A stretch of 64,000 nucleotides of DNA, taken from Amphiscolops sp. MND2022 (Eukaryota). A program made the position numbers and the translations under genes. The notes below the pieces were generated by a model. That model made no database searches, had not been told where the DNA came from, and saw only the letters and a program-made list of their open reading frames with translations. The stretch spans positions 5,706,001 to 5,770,000 of the forward strand of contig OZ076409.1 of assembly GCA_964187785.1 (NCBI GenBank), written 5' to 3'. How positions within the stretch are numbered: the first letter of the stretch is position 1; the number at the start of each line of letters is the position of its first letter. Positions 52,116 through 64,000 of the stretch are shown one piece after another.

Positions 52116-52637
52116 TTTGAAATGAAATGAAGAATTCTTCTGGAAATTTGAGAATAGCTGATGAAGTTCCCTTTGGATGGAAGGTTCGAAGATAGAAGGA
52201 ATGCTGAAGAAGCAGTTTCTGCGATATTCACCTAAAATAGATTAGTTTGTTTACATTAAATTTCTCTTTAAAATTGAATTTCATAGTTGACATTTTTTTG
52301 TTGTAATCTATGATGTTATAACTTTTTAATTTTAAGAATTAAGTTGCTGTATTTTGGAAGTCTTTTGAAGGGTATTTAAATATCTTTCATATGTGTACTT
52401 ATTTGTTGAAATCGGTCCATTAAAAGGAGGAGCAAATTCTAAATTTTGTTAAAATTTTTTATGTCGCTTTTGAAAATTTTAGTTATTATTTAAATTTAAA
52501 GTGTATTTTAACATCAAGCATATATTAAATCATGCATAACAGGCATATACGTGTAGACTCAATTAATTTTGACAGGTTGTTAAGGGATTAAGAGTGGTAA
52601 CACTTATCTCTTAAAGTTATTATCCGATAATTACCAG

Positions 52638-53945
52638 TTAAGATCGATGCATTTTTTCAATTGTATAGTTGAATTCGTCCAATGATGTGCGAATACACAA
52701 AGCTGATTGGCTAATTCTGGTCGTATCAAATACGATATTTTGTATTATGCTTCGAGCTTGTTCAAGGGCATTTACAATTTCGACAATTGTTGTAAGAATA
52801 TCTCGGTTCGAATGGTGATAAGGTTTTATAATATTCAGAATTTCTGTATATTTCTGCAATTCTTCTGTTGGGCGAAAATGTTGTGGTTGAGGAGTATCAT
52901 TTTTTATCTTCTTTGGTGATTCTTGTTTTGATTTTTTATGTTCTTTATGAATCTTTTCGTTATAATTCCCATTTGTAAGAAGTGATAGTAGGTGAGAAAT
53001 AATGAAAATTAATTCATTATTTGAATATCCCTTTTTGGTCATTGCATAGAAATAGGATTTTTCACAATCTCCCAAAGGTTGAGAGGCTATTTGTTGAAGT
53101 GGAGGAAGAGGATCGTGTATCTGTTGAGGAATATCTTCTTGTAATAATGGATCGTCGTTCAAAATGAGGTATTCTTGCGGAACAATGATTGGTCTTTTTG
53201 GGTTATCATTTGGAAGAAATAGGAAACTTTGTTTCAGTGGATCATAATTTCTAAGTTTTCCTTTGGTTTTAGTATGATCTATTAAATATTCTGAGTTGAG
53301 AATGAATGGCGAGGTGTATTTGGAGTTGAAGAATATGTAATTATCGGGCTCTTTATATTGGAGAAACTTTTGATACGTTATATGATGAGCCTTTTTAATT
53401 TGATATGGCAAGAAGTTTGCATCATTTTCTTCGGTTCGAAGATCGTATGGCGATGGTCTGAGGAAGTTGTATTGTAATGAGAAACTTTTCACTTTATTAT
53501 TTAACCACCAATCATATGGGGTTATCAATTTTGAAGCAATTGATGTATGATAATCATTTCGAAATTCTCGAATGATGAATTTGTATTTTGTTGGAATCAT
53601 ATATAAAGAAGTTAAATGAGATTGGAAGGTGAATTGTTTTGATGAGAGAATAGGAACTAATTCACAATCTCTATCTTCATCCTGTTTCATTGGTTTTATG
53701 AATGGAGGACAAGCGCCAGATTCCATAAAAGGTTTATCTGCAGTTATATCTGGGTATTTTCTCTTTTGAGATCTTGCGTTAACATAATCTATTTGTTCAA
53801 CAGGAATAGTTTCTATGGGATCTTGAGAGTTAAAAGAAGAATTATTTTCTTCGTTGACATTTTGTTGAATAGTTATATTCAAAGGGGGTGCAAGCAATTC
53901 AGAGGGAGTAGAATTTACTACATCAATTTCAGGCGAGGATTCCAT
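52638..53945 (-). CDS. Element B ORF-Y, 435-aa accessory protein of unknown function
   Basis: Intact ORF, collinear with 16501-17829. Confidence 0.85.
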   Translation of the reverse strand: MESSPEIDVVNSTPSELLAPPLNITIQQNVNEENNSSFNSQDPIETIPVEQIDYVNARSQKRKYPDITADKPFMESGACPPFIKPMKQDEDRDCELVPILSSKQFTFQSHLTSLYMIPTKYKFIIREFRNDYHTSIASKLITPYDWWLNNKVKSFSLQYNFLRPSPYDLRTEENDANFLPYQIKKAHHITYQKFLQYKEPDNYIFFNSKYTSPFILNSEYLIDHTKTKGKLRNYDPLKQSFLFLPNDNPKRPIIVPQEYLILNDDPLLQEDIPQQIHDPLPPLQQIASQPLGDCEKSYFYAMTKKGYSNNELIFIISHLLSLLTNGNYNEKIHKEHKKSKQESPKKIKNDTPQPQHFRPTEELQKYTEILNIIKPYHHSNRDILTTIVEIVNALEQARSIIQNIVFDTTRISQSALCIRTSLDEFNYTIEKMHRS

Positions 53946-54396
53946 TATTTAGACTTGCGTGCTTTTGTAGAGCTAAAATAATTATAATTTCTAATGATAC
54001 TAGGTCTGGTACTAGACAAAATTAGTGTTATATCCTTTTTATCCATTAATTTGTTAAAATTTAAGTTTAAATTGTACTTACACTATGGAATATTGAATCA
54101 ATGGTTGGTTGAAAACATCAACAATCACAGTGGTATCTATTCCCGGAATAGAAACTTCTGTGGTTTTGGTTTTCTAGATGGAGTGGAAATCCAATTGAAG
54201 TCTTCTGGTTGAAGGCTGAGTTGTGATAGAAGATGAGGGCTGAGTTGTGATAGAGTGAAATTTCTTTCAGTTAAAAAGGAAGAACTGGTCCGGGTGAGAA
54301 TTTGGGTTTGAATGAAAGTTAAGCTGAGAAGAATTTTATTAATAATATTCTGAACTTTTTCAGAGGTTAATTTGTTTATTGAGTTAGTTCTTTTTG

Positions 54397-56967
54397 CTAG
54401 GTGGGGTTAAATTTTATGAAGACTTTAGCAGGGCTTTCCGGTATAGTTATTATATTCGGCAATACTGGGTCATAGTCCTGAGAATTAATATCATTGATAG
54501 TAGTTGGGTGTGTCTTTTGCGGTGATTGAAATGTTGAATTCTTACTGGAATATTTAGGAGGTAAATAAGGGGAGTCATTATCAGAGTATTTTCTTTTTAC
54601 ATCTTTTTCCGGCAATAGGATATTATCATTTTCACTTGTTGTGATTTTATGTTTAGTATATATCCGTTTTCGTTTTCCTGTATTGTTTAAATCGGTAACC
54701 ATTTCCGATGTAACTATATTAAAAAATCCATGGGCTATTGAACTCAAAATGGAAATGTTACTTTGGAGATTATATTTTATACTAATTGTTCTATAAAATT
54801 TGAGTAAGAATGTTAAAATTTCTCTAATGAAAAGAAATGTTGAAAAATAAATTCCACATTGTGTTAAAACATAGCATGGATATCCAAAGAAATTAATGAA
54901 TGCTTGACTAAACCAGTCGGGGTTAAAAAGTGGTAAAAGATTTAACAAGTGGTCGTGTACTCCAATCCTTAAATGATTATAAGGATTATGTCCTGAGTAT
55001 GAATGTTTATCATTATGTACTGAAATAAAATCATAGCTCAATGATTTTCCGAGTAATTGAAGGGTTGTGTCTGAATGTTTAGCAAATAATACTCTGTTCC
55101 AGAATTGATCTAATTCTGCATTTGAGTATATACCAGCATCTTGGGCGGTGAATGTATTAGGAGTAATTGTTGTTTTAATTTGGGTAGGTTTAAACATTTG
55201 TGGAGCTTCTCGTTTAAGTGGTTCTGGTGTTAACACATAAAAATCTCCGTCATTTGAGTCTGGGTCCAATTCGATTATATTTTGTGGATTATTTCCACAT
55301 TCAATTGGTGTGGCATAGTTAAAAGTTTGTCTTGTTATAGGATCAACATACATTATTGTTTCTCTATAATGTATGGGAATTCTATCAAAGCATTTATCTG
55401 CCTTGTATAGTGGGGATATAAAATGAGGGCAATCATACAGCCATGCTGTAGATCCTTCAACGTAAAGAAAGTTACTACGATTTCCAGTTAAAAGAAAACC
55501 GGCTAATTGAGGGTTTTTAACTGACATAGCTAAGATTGTTAACAATTGAGTTCTTTCTAGTTCACATATAGTATGAAGAGTGTTTAGTTCTTGTACTGTC
55601 ATGGATTTGAATACATGATTTATTGTAAAATCATTTTTTGTATTTATGTGGGCATCATAATCTAAAGTGGCGAAATTGTTTGATATATTCAATGCGGGGA
55701 ATATATACTTTTTATTTGAGTTATCATATTTTATGTTTCCACTAATTGTTTGATCGATTATTGAGTGTGGTTTGGGTAATCCTGTGTTCATATCAAAACC
55801 ATCTAAATATGTAACAAAAATATCATCATATTGTGTTGAGAATAATGGCTCAGGTTTTCCACAAAAGGTTTGTGCAATTGGGTATATTTCAAATCGAGAA
55901 AGACTTGGATTGCTTATTTTCGATTGTGGTGTTTTCACATTGGGATATCGTGTCCCTTGTATTCCTTCGGTTTGGAGTTTTTGTGTGATATTTGAAGTTT
56001 CAATAAAGGTATCGGTTTCTATCCAATATCTATCTTTGATTCGTGTCATTCTACCAATAAATTCTTGAAGTTGAAATATGAGACAAAATTTTTCATCAAA
56101 CCATGTTAATGTATAAGGAGTTTTAGTTGTTGGTTTACAAAATCCATCTGAATGGTAGCATGGTAATATATGTCCATCATGTATTAATTGATTATTTTTG
56201 TCGTCATAGTCTATTGCAGTATTAACAATTCTAAGTTTCCAACTTTGTCGGGTAATTAAATGTTCTCGGTCTGATCGACATCTAGAGTATGTGTTTTGTG
56301 TAACATTAACTATCCAGTCGGGATAATTTTCATCAAATACGAAGGTTCCAATATGCCATGTATTTAATTTTGTTACTCTAAATGGTGTTTGGATTCGTTC
56401 AATTGTGTTTTGATAGTTACTATCGCCGAATAATGAGAAAGAGCTTTGTATATTGTAATTGTTTAATTCTTCGCTATCAGTCGCGTTTAAATATCTTATC
56501 ATATTTTTGCATTCAATAGGGTCCAATATTTTTGGAAGTTCTAATGTGTTTTGTCCCCATTGTAAACGATCATATCGTCTACTAGATGTAAATGTTTGTG
56601 AACACCAGACTTTTTCAGTCTTTATGTATGCTTCACATTTAAAGGCTTTTATTCTTTTGGCTTTTGCTCTAACATAAACTGTTGCTTGGGTTTTTGCGTG
56701 TTGTATATCTGAGGGTGCTTGTTTACATGGTTCAACATTTAATAAACTAAACTGTCTTAAATTATTTTGTTTTGCACAATCATAATGGGATACCATTAAG
56801 TTTAAAATGTTAGGATCTTGATCTGAGATATGGTTTTCAGGATTTGTTGTGTCAACTTTAGGAACATTTGAAGAATAAACTAAGGAGAGAACTGTATGAA
56901 TTATATATGTGTATTTGATAGCTTGTATTATACTCAGTAAATAAAAGGGAAAGATGATTTGGTTCAT
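54397..56967 (-). CDS. env: Element B envelope glycoprotein, 856 aa, gB/chuvirus-G-like (putative class III fusogen)
   Basis: Hydrophobic N-terminus, YDC..FSLLNV..C, CELER, C.DRIPI.Y..YVDPITR, GIYS..EL, C-terminal TM and cytoplasmic tail. Confidence 0.88.
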   Translation of the reverse strand: MNQIIFPFYLLSIIQAIKYTYIIHTVLSLVYSSNVPKVDTTNPENHISDQDPNILNLMVSHYDCAKQNNLRQFSLLNVEPCKQAPSDIQHAKTQATVYVRAKAKRIKAFKCEAYIKTEKVWCSQTFTSSRRYDRLQWGQNTLELPKILDPIECKNMIRYLNATDSEELNNYNIQSSFSLFGDSNYQNTIERIQTPFRVTKLNTWHIGTFVFDENYPDWIVNVTQNTYSRCRSDREHLITRQSWKLRIVNTAIDYDDKNNQLIHDGHILPCYHSDGFCKPTTKTPYTLTWFDEKFCLIFQLQEFIGRMTRIKDRYWIETDTFIETSNITQKLQTEGIQGTRYPNVKTPQSKISNPSLSRFEIYPIAQTFCGKPEPLFSTQYDDIFVTYLDGFDMNTGLPKPHSIIDQTISGNIKYDNSNKKYIFPALNISNNFATLDYDAHINTKNDFTINHVFKSMTVQELNTLHTICELERTQLLTILAMSVKNPQLAGFLLTGNRSNFLYVEGSTAWLYDCPHFISPLYKADKCFDRIPIHYRETIMYVDPITRQTFNYATPIECGNNPQNIIELDPDSNDGDFYVLTPEPLKREAPQMFKPTQIKTTITPNTFTAQDAGIYSNAELDQFWNRVLFAKHSDTTLQLLGKSLSYDFISVHNDKHSYSGHNPYNHLRIGVHDHLLNLLPLFNPDWFSQAFINFFGYPCYVLTQCGIYFSTFLFIREILTFLLKFYRTISIKYNLQSNISILSSIAHGFFNIVTSEMVTDLNNTGKRKRIYTKHKITTSENDNILLPEKDVKRKYSDNDSPYLPPKYSSKNSTFQSPQKTHPTTINDINSQDYDPVLPNIITIPESPAKVFIKFNPT

Positions 56968-56996
56968 TGTTAAAGTACCAGTTAATATTTCTATAG

Positions 56997-58469
56997 TTAA
57001 AATATTGTTCTATAATTAAGTCCGGAGTAAGGATTAAAAAAGTTTATATGTCCCGTTCTAATTTCGGGTAGGTCTGCGTCACAAAGATAAGAAATGGAAG
57101 TGACTATGAATGGTGATGGAGTTGTTTTGTGTGCTACTCTTGTTGAAAGGGAAAACAGATGAGGTCCTAAAGAGTTGAAAGTTACTTCTACTTCAAATTT
57201 TAATGTGAGTTGTTGTTCTTGTAATCTTCTTAATTCTCTTTGTTTTCTTTGAGTTGAGAGTGAGCTGTTATTTATAAATCTTACAGGTAAGACTGTATAT
57301 CGAGGATCTTCGTGTAACGTACGGACAATTTTTGAGTTAACACGAATGGGATATTCGTCAGGGTTTGGTGTTGGAGGTCTTGAAAAATCTTCTAGAAAAT
57401 ATTCAAGTAATTGAATAGAAGAGTTTGATGCAATTGAACTGGGTGAATAAACTCGTGAGAAATTAGCTGCGGTATCTGATATAGTTGCTGGGTCTTCAGA
57501 TATAAGAGAAGCTGTTTCAAATCCTGATGTGATTTGAAATGGTAGTGACAAGGAAGATGGTATAGTAGGTTGAGATGAGGAAAGAGAAGAAGTGTCTAGT
57601 CTAGGTTGAGCGTGTTGTCTAAGTAGTCTGGAGTTTGTACTTGAACTTGTTAAAGATTGTAATTCTTGAGAGTTTCTCTGTTGTTGAGATCGAAGATTAT
57701 AACTATGTCTCGGTACTCTAGTACTAGCAGTGGAGTCAGAATCTTTATCTTTATTGTATAGATCTGTTAAAGAAGAAGTAGTTGAATTTACACGTTGCAA
57801 TTCGAGTTTAGGATATAATTGAGAAAATGTGAATGAACTTAGTTCACTCGGTGAAGGTGTTAGGTATTGTTGTAGTTTTTCTGTTGGTGTTTTTAATGAA
57901 GGTTCTGGTAAAAATGTTATTGGAGTGTTACTTGATGATGGTAAATTAGGGTTTTGTGTTAATGTAGGTAAAGGAGGTTTTCTTTTTGTTTTTGTTGCTG
58001 TAGGTATTTTATGTGGACAAGTATTTATGTATTGTAATACTGAACTTGGATCAGGAATATGAACAGAACGAGTAGTAGTAATTGGTGGAAGAGGAGGTCT
58101 ATTTAAGATATTTAAGGTATCTTGTGTATTTGGTGTTGTAAGTGATTCATCACTATAGGTAGAAGCTGGTGAATTTGTTTCTTCAAATGTTTGATTTCTT
58201 GAGATAGGTTGTGGTTGAGTTGGAGTTATAGGTGTATTGGTGGGTGTTGTTGGTGCTCTATCAGGAGTATATGGAGCAGATGGGCTAGGATTTGAGGATG
58301 AGGAATCCAGTATGTCTGTATCTGTATCTAAATATGCTGTATATTCAGGTAATCTTTGGAGTGAATGTGTTGAACTAGAAGATGAGTTATTTGTAGTTGA
58401 TGATGGTGAGTGAATATGTCTATCAATCTTGAAATTTTTGTTATGGTAGTTTGGTTTGATTATAAAAGT
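56997..58469 (-). CDS. Element B ORF-X; 490 open codons with no in-frame Met
   Basis: The frame of ORF 56997-57800 stays open upstream to a TAA at 58472-58470; homologous to 12305-13582. Confidence 0.75.
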   Translation of the reverse strand, partial: TFIIKPNYHNKNFKIDRHIHSPSSTTNNSSSSSTHSLQRLPEYTAYLDTDTDILDSSSSNPSPSAPYTPDRAPTTPTNTPITPTQPQPISRNQTFEETNSPASTYSDESLTTPNTQDTLNILNRPPLPPITTTRSVHIPDPSSVLQYINTCPHKIPTATKTKRKPPLPTLTQNPNLPSSSNTPITFLPEPSLKTPTEKLQQYLTPSPSELSSFTFSQLYPKLELQRVNSTTSSLTDLYNKDKDSDSTASTRVPRHSYNLRSQQQRNSQELQSLTSSSTNSRLLRQHAQPRLDTSSLSSSQPTIPSSLSLPFQITSGFETASLISEDPATISDTAANFSRVYSPSSIASNSSIQLLEYFLEDFSRPPTPNPDEYPIRVNSKIVRTLHEDPRYTVLPVRFINNSSLSTQRKQRELRRLQEQQLTLKFEVEVTFNSLGPHLFSLSTRVAHKTTPSPFIVTSISYLCDADLPEIRTGHINFFNPYSGLNYRTIF

Positions 58470-58589
58470 TTATTTTCGAATTTCTTCCGTGTATTATCAC
58501 TTGTGAAATACTTTTCATTCAATTCCACATTAATCTTCAAGCTTTCTCTTCCAAAAAATTTTTTATGTATTTTTCCTGTATTCCGTATT

Positions 58590-61500
58590 TCAGCAGGAAT
58601 TTTGAGAAAGTGAATTTATATCCTTTTCACCAAGAAAGAGTCGATAATCTTTTCTTGGTTGTGGGCGGAAATTGTATCTATTAGAGGAGTGTCTTCGAGG
58701 ATTAATAAAATTGTCATAGTCATGAATATCTGATTGGTTATCTAAGCTGATATTTTGAGGGATTTGTTCTTTTTGTTGGTACGGAAATGAAGAATAATGA
58801 CTGAATGGTTCTGATTGGAAGTCAATTGTGGATGGTATATCCGTTTTTTTTATTAGATGTTGTGGAATAAAATTGATCTTCGTCGCTAGATTGATTTTCA
58901 TCGGAATTAGTTGTTTGATTGTTTATATTTGAATGGCTATCATTGAATAACTGTGGATTATACTGTTGTAAGAAGGGGAAAATAGTTGGTTCCTTTGGGT
59001 AATAAGGAATTAAATGATTTCTATGTATGTGAGATGTATACCCATCTTGGCTAACAATTTCATATGTTATGTCGGAAATTTTATTAATAATTTTGAATGG
59101 TCCAATTCGAAGAGGTTTTAATTTATCTGAAAAATGAACATGGAGGAAATTTCTTTTTAGTACAAATGTACCAATATCCAAAGGTCTCGGATTGTGGTAT
59201 GTTTTGTTAAAATAAGCGTAGGAATTTATTTTTCTTTTTGTGTTTTCATATACTGTATGGTATCTTTGTATCATAGCAGTTTCAGTAGCTAAGATCCATT
59301 GTGGTATTGGTTTAGATAGAATTTTATGAAAGAAAGGGTTTAAGTTTGATTTATCATAGTGTGTATGAAGTGGTAATTCTTGACAATATTGAGAAGTACA
59401 ATTTCTATATGTATCTCTGTGAAGGTTAAGTTCAAAATTGATAGGAATTCTTGGTATAGTATGAAATACTATTTCATATGGAGATAAATTGATTTCAGAA
59501 AGTGGTTGTGAATTATGTGCATAAGCATACATGTGAACTTGAGTAGACCAGTTTTCCGGAGTATTATGTAAAAAAAGTCTAAGATGAGTTCCAAGATTTC
59601 TGTTTTGATTTTCAACTAGACCATTAGTCCATGGTGCATAAGGAGTTCTTGGTGAATGTCTAATTCCCATTGTGGTACAAAGATTTGCAAATTCTGAGTT
59701 GATATATTCTGTTCCACGGTCGGTAACTAAATATACAGGAGGTCCGAATTTTGTTATCCAATGATGTAGTAATGAGTTAACAGCATTTTGAGCATTGTTT
59801 TGTTTTATTGGTACTGTTACTACAAAGTGGCTAAAAGCGTCAACTATAACATGAATGTATGAATTTTGGTTTGATGGTGGATTTATAGGTCCTTTTGTAT
59901 CCATTGATATTCTGTAATTGAAGTATGAAGCGTTTTCTGAGAATGTTTGTACTGATGCAGTTTGTAGTTTTTGGTTAATATGTTTATTTTGTTGACATTC
60001 GATACAATCATGAATGAATATTGACATCCATTTATTCAAGTAGGGTATGAAGTAAAATTGGTTAAAAGCTTTGATGGATATTTTTATTCCTGAATGTCCA
60101 TGGGCGTGAAGTTTGTTGAAAGCTGCGTAAAAGAGTTTAAATGGTAAACATATTTTGTCTCTTTGATTTGGATTGGAATCGTGAAGATTAGGGTAGTCTA
60201 TGTGGATAATTTTTGTATCATGGTTAATGTATAATTGATTGAAAATTTTATATTATACTAATAAGAAAGAATTAGCTGCAATTGTTGGATCTATTTGTGA
60301 AGGTCTTTCATTATTAAGAATCCATTGATAAACTTTTTGTAAAACAGTGTCTTGGTTTTGTTGGGTTTTTATTGTTTCAATGGTTATTTGTGTATTTTCC
60401 GGTAGAAAAAAATAATTAAAATATTTTTTGTATTTGAAGAAGGACGGGTCAAAAAATGGAACTTGTTGTTTACAGTAATCAGATTTAGTTGGATATTGTA
60501 TAGCAAATGTATGTTCTTTTGTTTGGTATTGAACATTATTAGATTGAGTTGGTTCATCTTCATCACTGAGGATATCAGTATCATTAAGAATTGTCGATTG
60601 TTGTAAAAGAGATTTTGCTTGATTTTTTGTAGGCCTTTTATACTTTGATTCAAATGGAACAATAGATTGAAAAGAGAATGAGTCTAAAGGCTTTATGTGA
60701 ATATCTTCTCCTTTGTTATTAATGCGGATTGAGAATTGGTCGTCTCCATAATCAGCAAGGATAGGATGACAGTCATTCTTCTGGTTATATTTAATTTCTT
60801 CATGCTTTACTAAATAATGTACTGGTTTGATTTGATTGTCTTTCAAGATAGAGAATTCTATTTGAGGTGGTAATTGTTTGTGACGTAATTGATGTACTTG
60901 TAATTGTTCTTTTGTAAAGGTTCGTGAAAGCATATCTGCTACAGTTAAGTTTTTTCCAGGTGTATGAATGATTTTCAGTTTGGAGAATTTGGTTAGTTGC
61001 ATTTGTGCTCTATAGAATCTAGGACTAAGATTTCCTTTCTTTGCGAAACAATGTAGTAAAGGTTTGTGATCTGTAAAAAGGTATATAGGATAAGGGGATC
61101 CGATGATTAAAAATTCATATATTTGTAATGCGTAAACTATTGCGAGGAGTTCTCTGTCTAAAGTTGAAAGCTTTTGTTCTTGTGTGTTAAGAATTCTTGA
61201 GTTATAAGAGATTACTTTCATTTTGTTTTCTTCGTTCGTTTGGAATAAGACTGCGCCTAAACCAACTAACGAGGCATCTACTGTTATGAAAAATGGATTT
61301 GTTGTATTGGGTATTGTTAATTCAGTGTCTGCTGTCATTGCATTTTTAACATTTTGAAATATTGCTTCCAATTCAGGTGTCCATTGGAATTTAACGTCGT
61401 CATGCAATAGTGTATACAATGGTTTAAGATTTATATGAAGTTTTTCAATGAACTTTGAATAGAAATTAACACTGCCAAGAAATTGCATAACATCTTTCTT

Positions 61501-64000
61501 TTCTTTTGGTGATGGAATTCGTTTAATAGCTTCGATTTTGGATGGAATTGGTTTGATGGTATTGTTGCCAATTTCATGTCCAAGGAATTTGACTTTGAGT
61601 AACATATAAAATGATTTTTCGGGTGCAAGTTTAAGATTTTCTCTAGATGCTATTATATGTAATTCTTTTATAAGTTCAAACATTTCTTGTTTTTCATTAG
61701 CGAGTAGTAAAATATCATCGATATAAACTAATGCAGAACGTTTGTCTATAAGTGATCTGAAGAAAGTTGACATTTGTTTTGTGAAAAAGTTTGGAAGTCC
61801 TTTTAATCCATAGAATCCACGGATAAAGGCATATAGTTTGTCACCTGATGAGAATCCTGTAAGTTTAATTGTTTCTTCGTCTAATGGTGTATGAGCATAT
61901 GCATACATTAGATCAATGGTTGATTTGTATTTTTTATTAGCTCTTGCTAACTGAGGAGCCAAAGGTTCAATAGGCCAAGATTCAAGTTCTTGGTTGGTAT
62001 TTGAGTTTAAATGTCTTGCATCTAAAACTACCTTTATTGAATCTCCTTTTGGGATAATTATTAGAGGATTTAAAAATGTTGTTCCAATTGTATGTTTTTC
62101 ATCTGTCTTTGAACCAATTTGTTTGATTATATTGTATTTTTCGAGTTCTTGTAAAAGTTTATTTAGTCTATCTCTATAATGAATTGGTACTTTAGAAGGT
62201 CTTTGTGTATGAAGTTTACAGTTGTCTTTTATTCTAATTCGAAAGGGAGTAGAAATTTTTCCTACATCGTTTTTATGTTTGGCGTAGCAATGTTGATTAT
62301 TGATTAAAATATTACACAGGTTCACATATTCAGTGTCAGTTAAATCTGAGTATTCAAAGTTAAACTTTTTTATAAATTGTTGATTCTCTGTAGAATAGGG
62401 TAAAGGAGGAAAATCTTTTCGAATTTTATCTGAGGGTTGAAGGTTTCCAATAACAGAAGGAATAGGAAGTTGAAGTGTTTTATCCTTTATTTCTATCTTG
62501 TTTATTTCTAATAGAGACTGTGGTGTTACTCTAGTGCATAAGTTCATATCTGTATATGGATTTGGTTTAATCGGAGTTGTGATATCAGGATGATACGCAT
62601 GTATTACAGAGTGAATGAGTGAGTTTACATCATGAACTCTATAGTGAGAAGGAGTTGTTTGAGTAATAGGTATTTCTATGTATCCAATGATTCCTCGTGG
62701 TAATGTAGCTGGTTGAGATGTAAAGTTTTGAATTATTGTTGCACAAGAGTCTTTGCTTTTGTCATTGGTCATCATGTCTAGGAAATGAAAGATATTTTTG
62801 AATTTTTGTAAAAAATATGTATATGGATTTGTTGGATAAAATTTTGTATTGTCTTCGAGTTCAAAGTGTAAGTGTGAGTAGTTTTTTATTGGGAAATAAA
62901 TTGTTTTTCCTGACCTTGGTTTAAAGTGAATTGGTTCTTTGCATTTAATCGTGTAAATATAAGAAATATATGGGTAATCTTTTTCTGTAAATGTAGAGAA
63001 TGTAGTCTTTGTTGGAAGATTTGAGTGTTGTTCTTTGTAAGTCATAACGTTTTGTTGAAAATCTATATTTTGGATGTGGTTTTTGAAAAAAGGTGTTCCA
63101 AGGATATTGTATTTAATATTGGCTACGGCGAAATCAATATTGAAGGATCGCGTTTGATGATTTACTTCAGTGAAACAGGTTATTGAAATATAATGTATTA
63201 TTGGTACTTCAGTTTGATTTGCAACTGTAAGAGTTTTGGCTCTTTGGTTTTGAAGATTGGTTGGAACATTAATGTTTAATTGTTTGGAAATTACGTAGAA
63301 TGTTGGTAAATTTAATACGGATATAGATGCTCCATTATCTAAGAGGAATAAGATTTCTAATTTTGTGGGTAATATACTATCATTTGTTTCAGAAGCGTGA
63401 ACATATAGTGGATAAAACCAACTATAAGGAGTAATTGTATTTGCTATTTCAGATGTTTGACAGGTGTGGATTTCAAATTTTGTACTATCATTGTCTTTTG
63501 TGGTTTTAACATCTACTTGATTTATTCTGTTTTGTTGTCTGTTTCTTGAGGGTGTTCTAGATCGTGATCTAAAATCTCTAGGTCTTGATGGAGATCTATA
63601 TGGGTGATTATATCGTTTAAAGGAATTTTCTTGTGATTGAGAACGTGATCTATATCTTGAGCGAGAGTTATATCTGTAGTTTGAGTTATTTCTATATGGA
63701 GTTCTATATGGAGATCTAGATGGAGTTCTTCTTTGATAATAATTATCAAATCGAGATCTATATGGGCTTCGAGATCGATTGTAATATCGTTGTCGAGAAT
63801 TAGATCGATAGTTGTTTTGCAAAGTTTCTCTACTATTACTGCGGTATCTATCGTTATTTCTATATCTATCGTTAAAGTAATTTTGATTGTATTTGTTACG
63901 ATCATTGTCTGAGGAGTAAATATTTGTATTCTTGTTTTGATTTTCTTGTGGATTATTAGGTTTACTACGAAAATATTGTACAAAGGATTGTTGAGGAGTT
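58590..64000 (-). pseudogene. Element B gag C-terminus and pol (RS-rich segment, PR, RT, RNase H, IN); one stop at 60253 and a frameshift in the IN tail
   Basis: Frame is open from the window edge (SFVQYFRS) through LLDNGAS, YIDD and VDAS. The integrase ORF 58822-60039 is in the same frame after the stop. Confidence 0.93.

Larger units (their letters stand above)
50382..64000 (-). mobile_element. Element B: env-bearing Ty3/gypsy-like element of the same lineage as A; 5' part lies outside the window
   Basis: Same gene order as A with homologous pol, ORF-X, env, ORF-Y and ORF-Z. Confidence 0.92.

Noticed and set aside
60253..60255. Programmed read-through stop between RNase H and integrase in element B
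   Set aside because: Element A has Tyr codons at the equivalent site (AYYKR), so this is most likely a point mutation.
60253..63822. Assignment of elements A and B to true retroviruses (foamy-like)
   Set aside because: KKYKS.IDL resembles spumaviral RT, but RNase H follows RT directly in gypsy style and gag is gypsy-like; a phylogeny is needed.

Overview
AT-rich eukaryotic, probably invertebrate, DNA made almost entirely of transposable elements, with one 200-N gap and no recognisable host gene. The main signal is two diverged members of one Ty3/gypsy-like LTR lineage with a complex, retrovirus-like layout. Element A (2916-19555, +) is full length but decayed; element B (50382 to beyond 64000, -) is largely intact. 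Both have short LTRs, a single gag-pol frame with an Arg/Ser-rich segment, then ORF-X, a gB/chuvirus-G-like env, ORF-Y and ORF-Z. ORF-X keeps PSAP and LYPxL late-domain-like motifs in both copies and is almost free of AUG up to the env start. Element A's leader holds six covarying bulged hairpins. Also present: a truncated LINE RT, a very young BEL/Pao element (tRNA-like segment in its LTRs, SGNH-like ORF remnant inside), a degenerate gypsy pol and Helentron-associated (DINE-1-like) elements. All assignments come from motifs read by eye; no searches were run.
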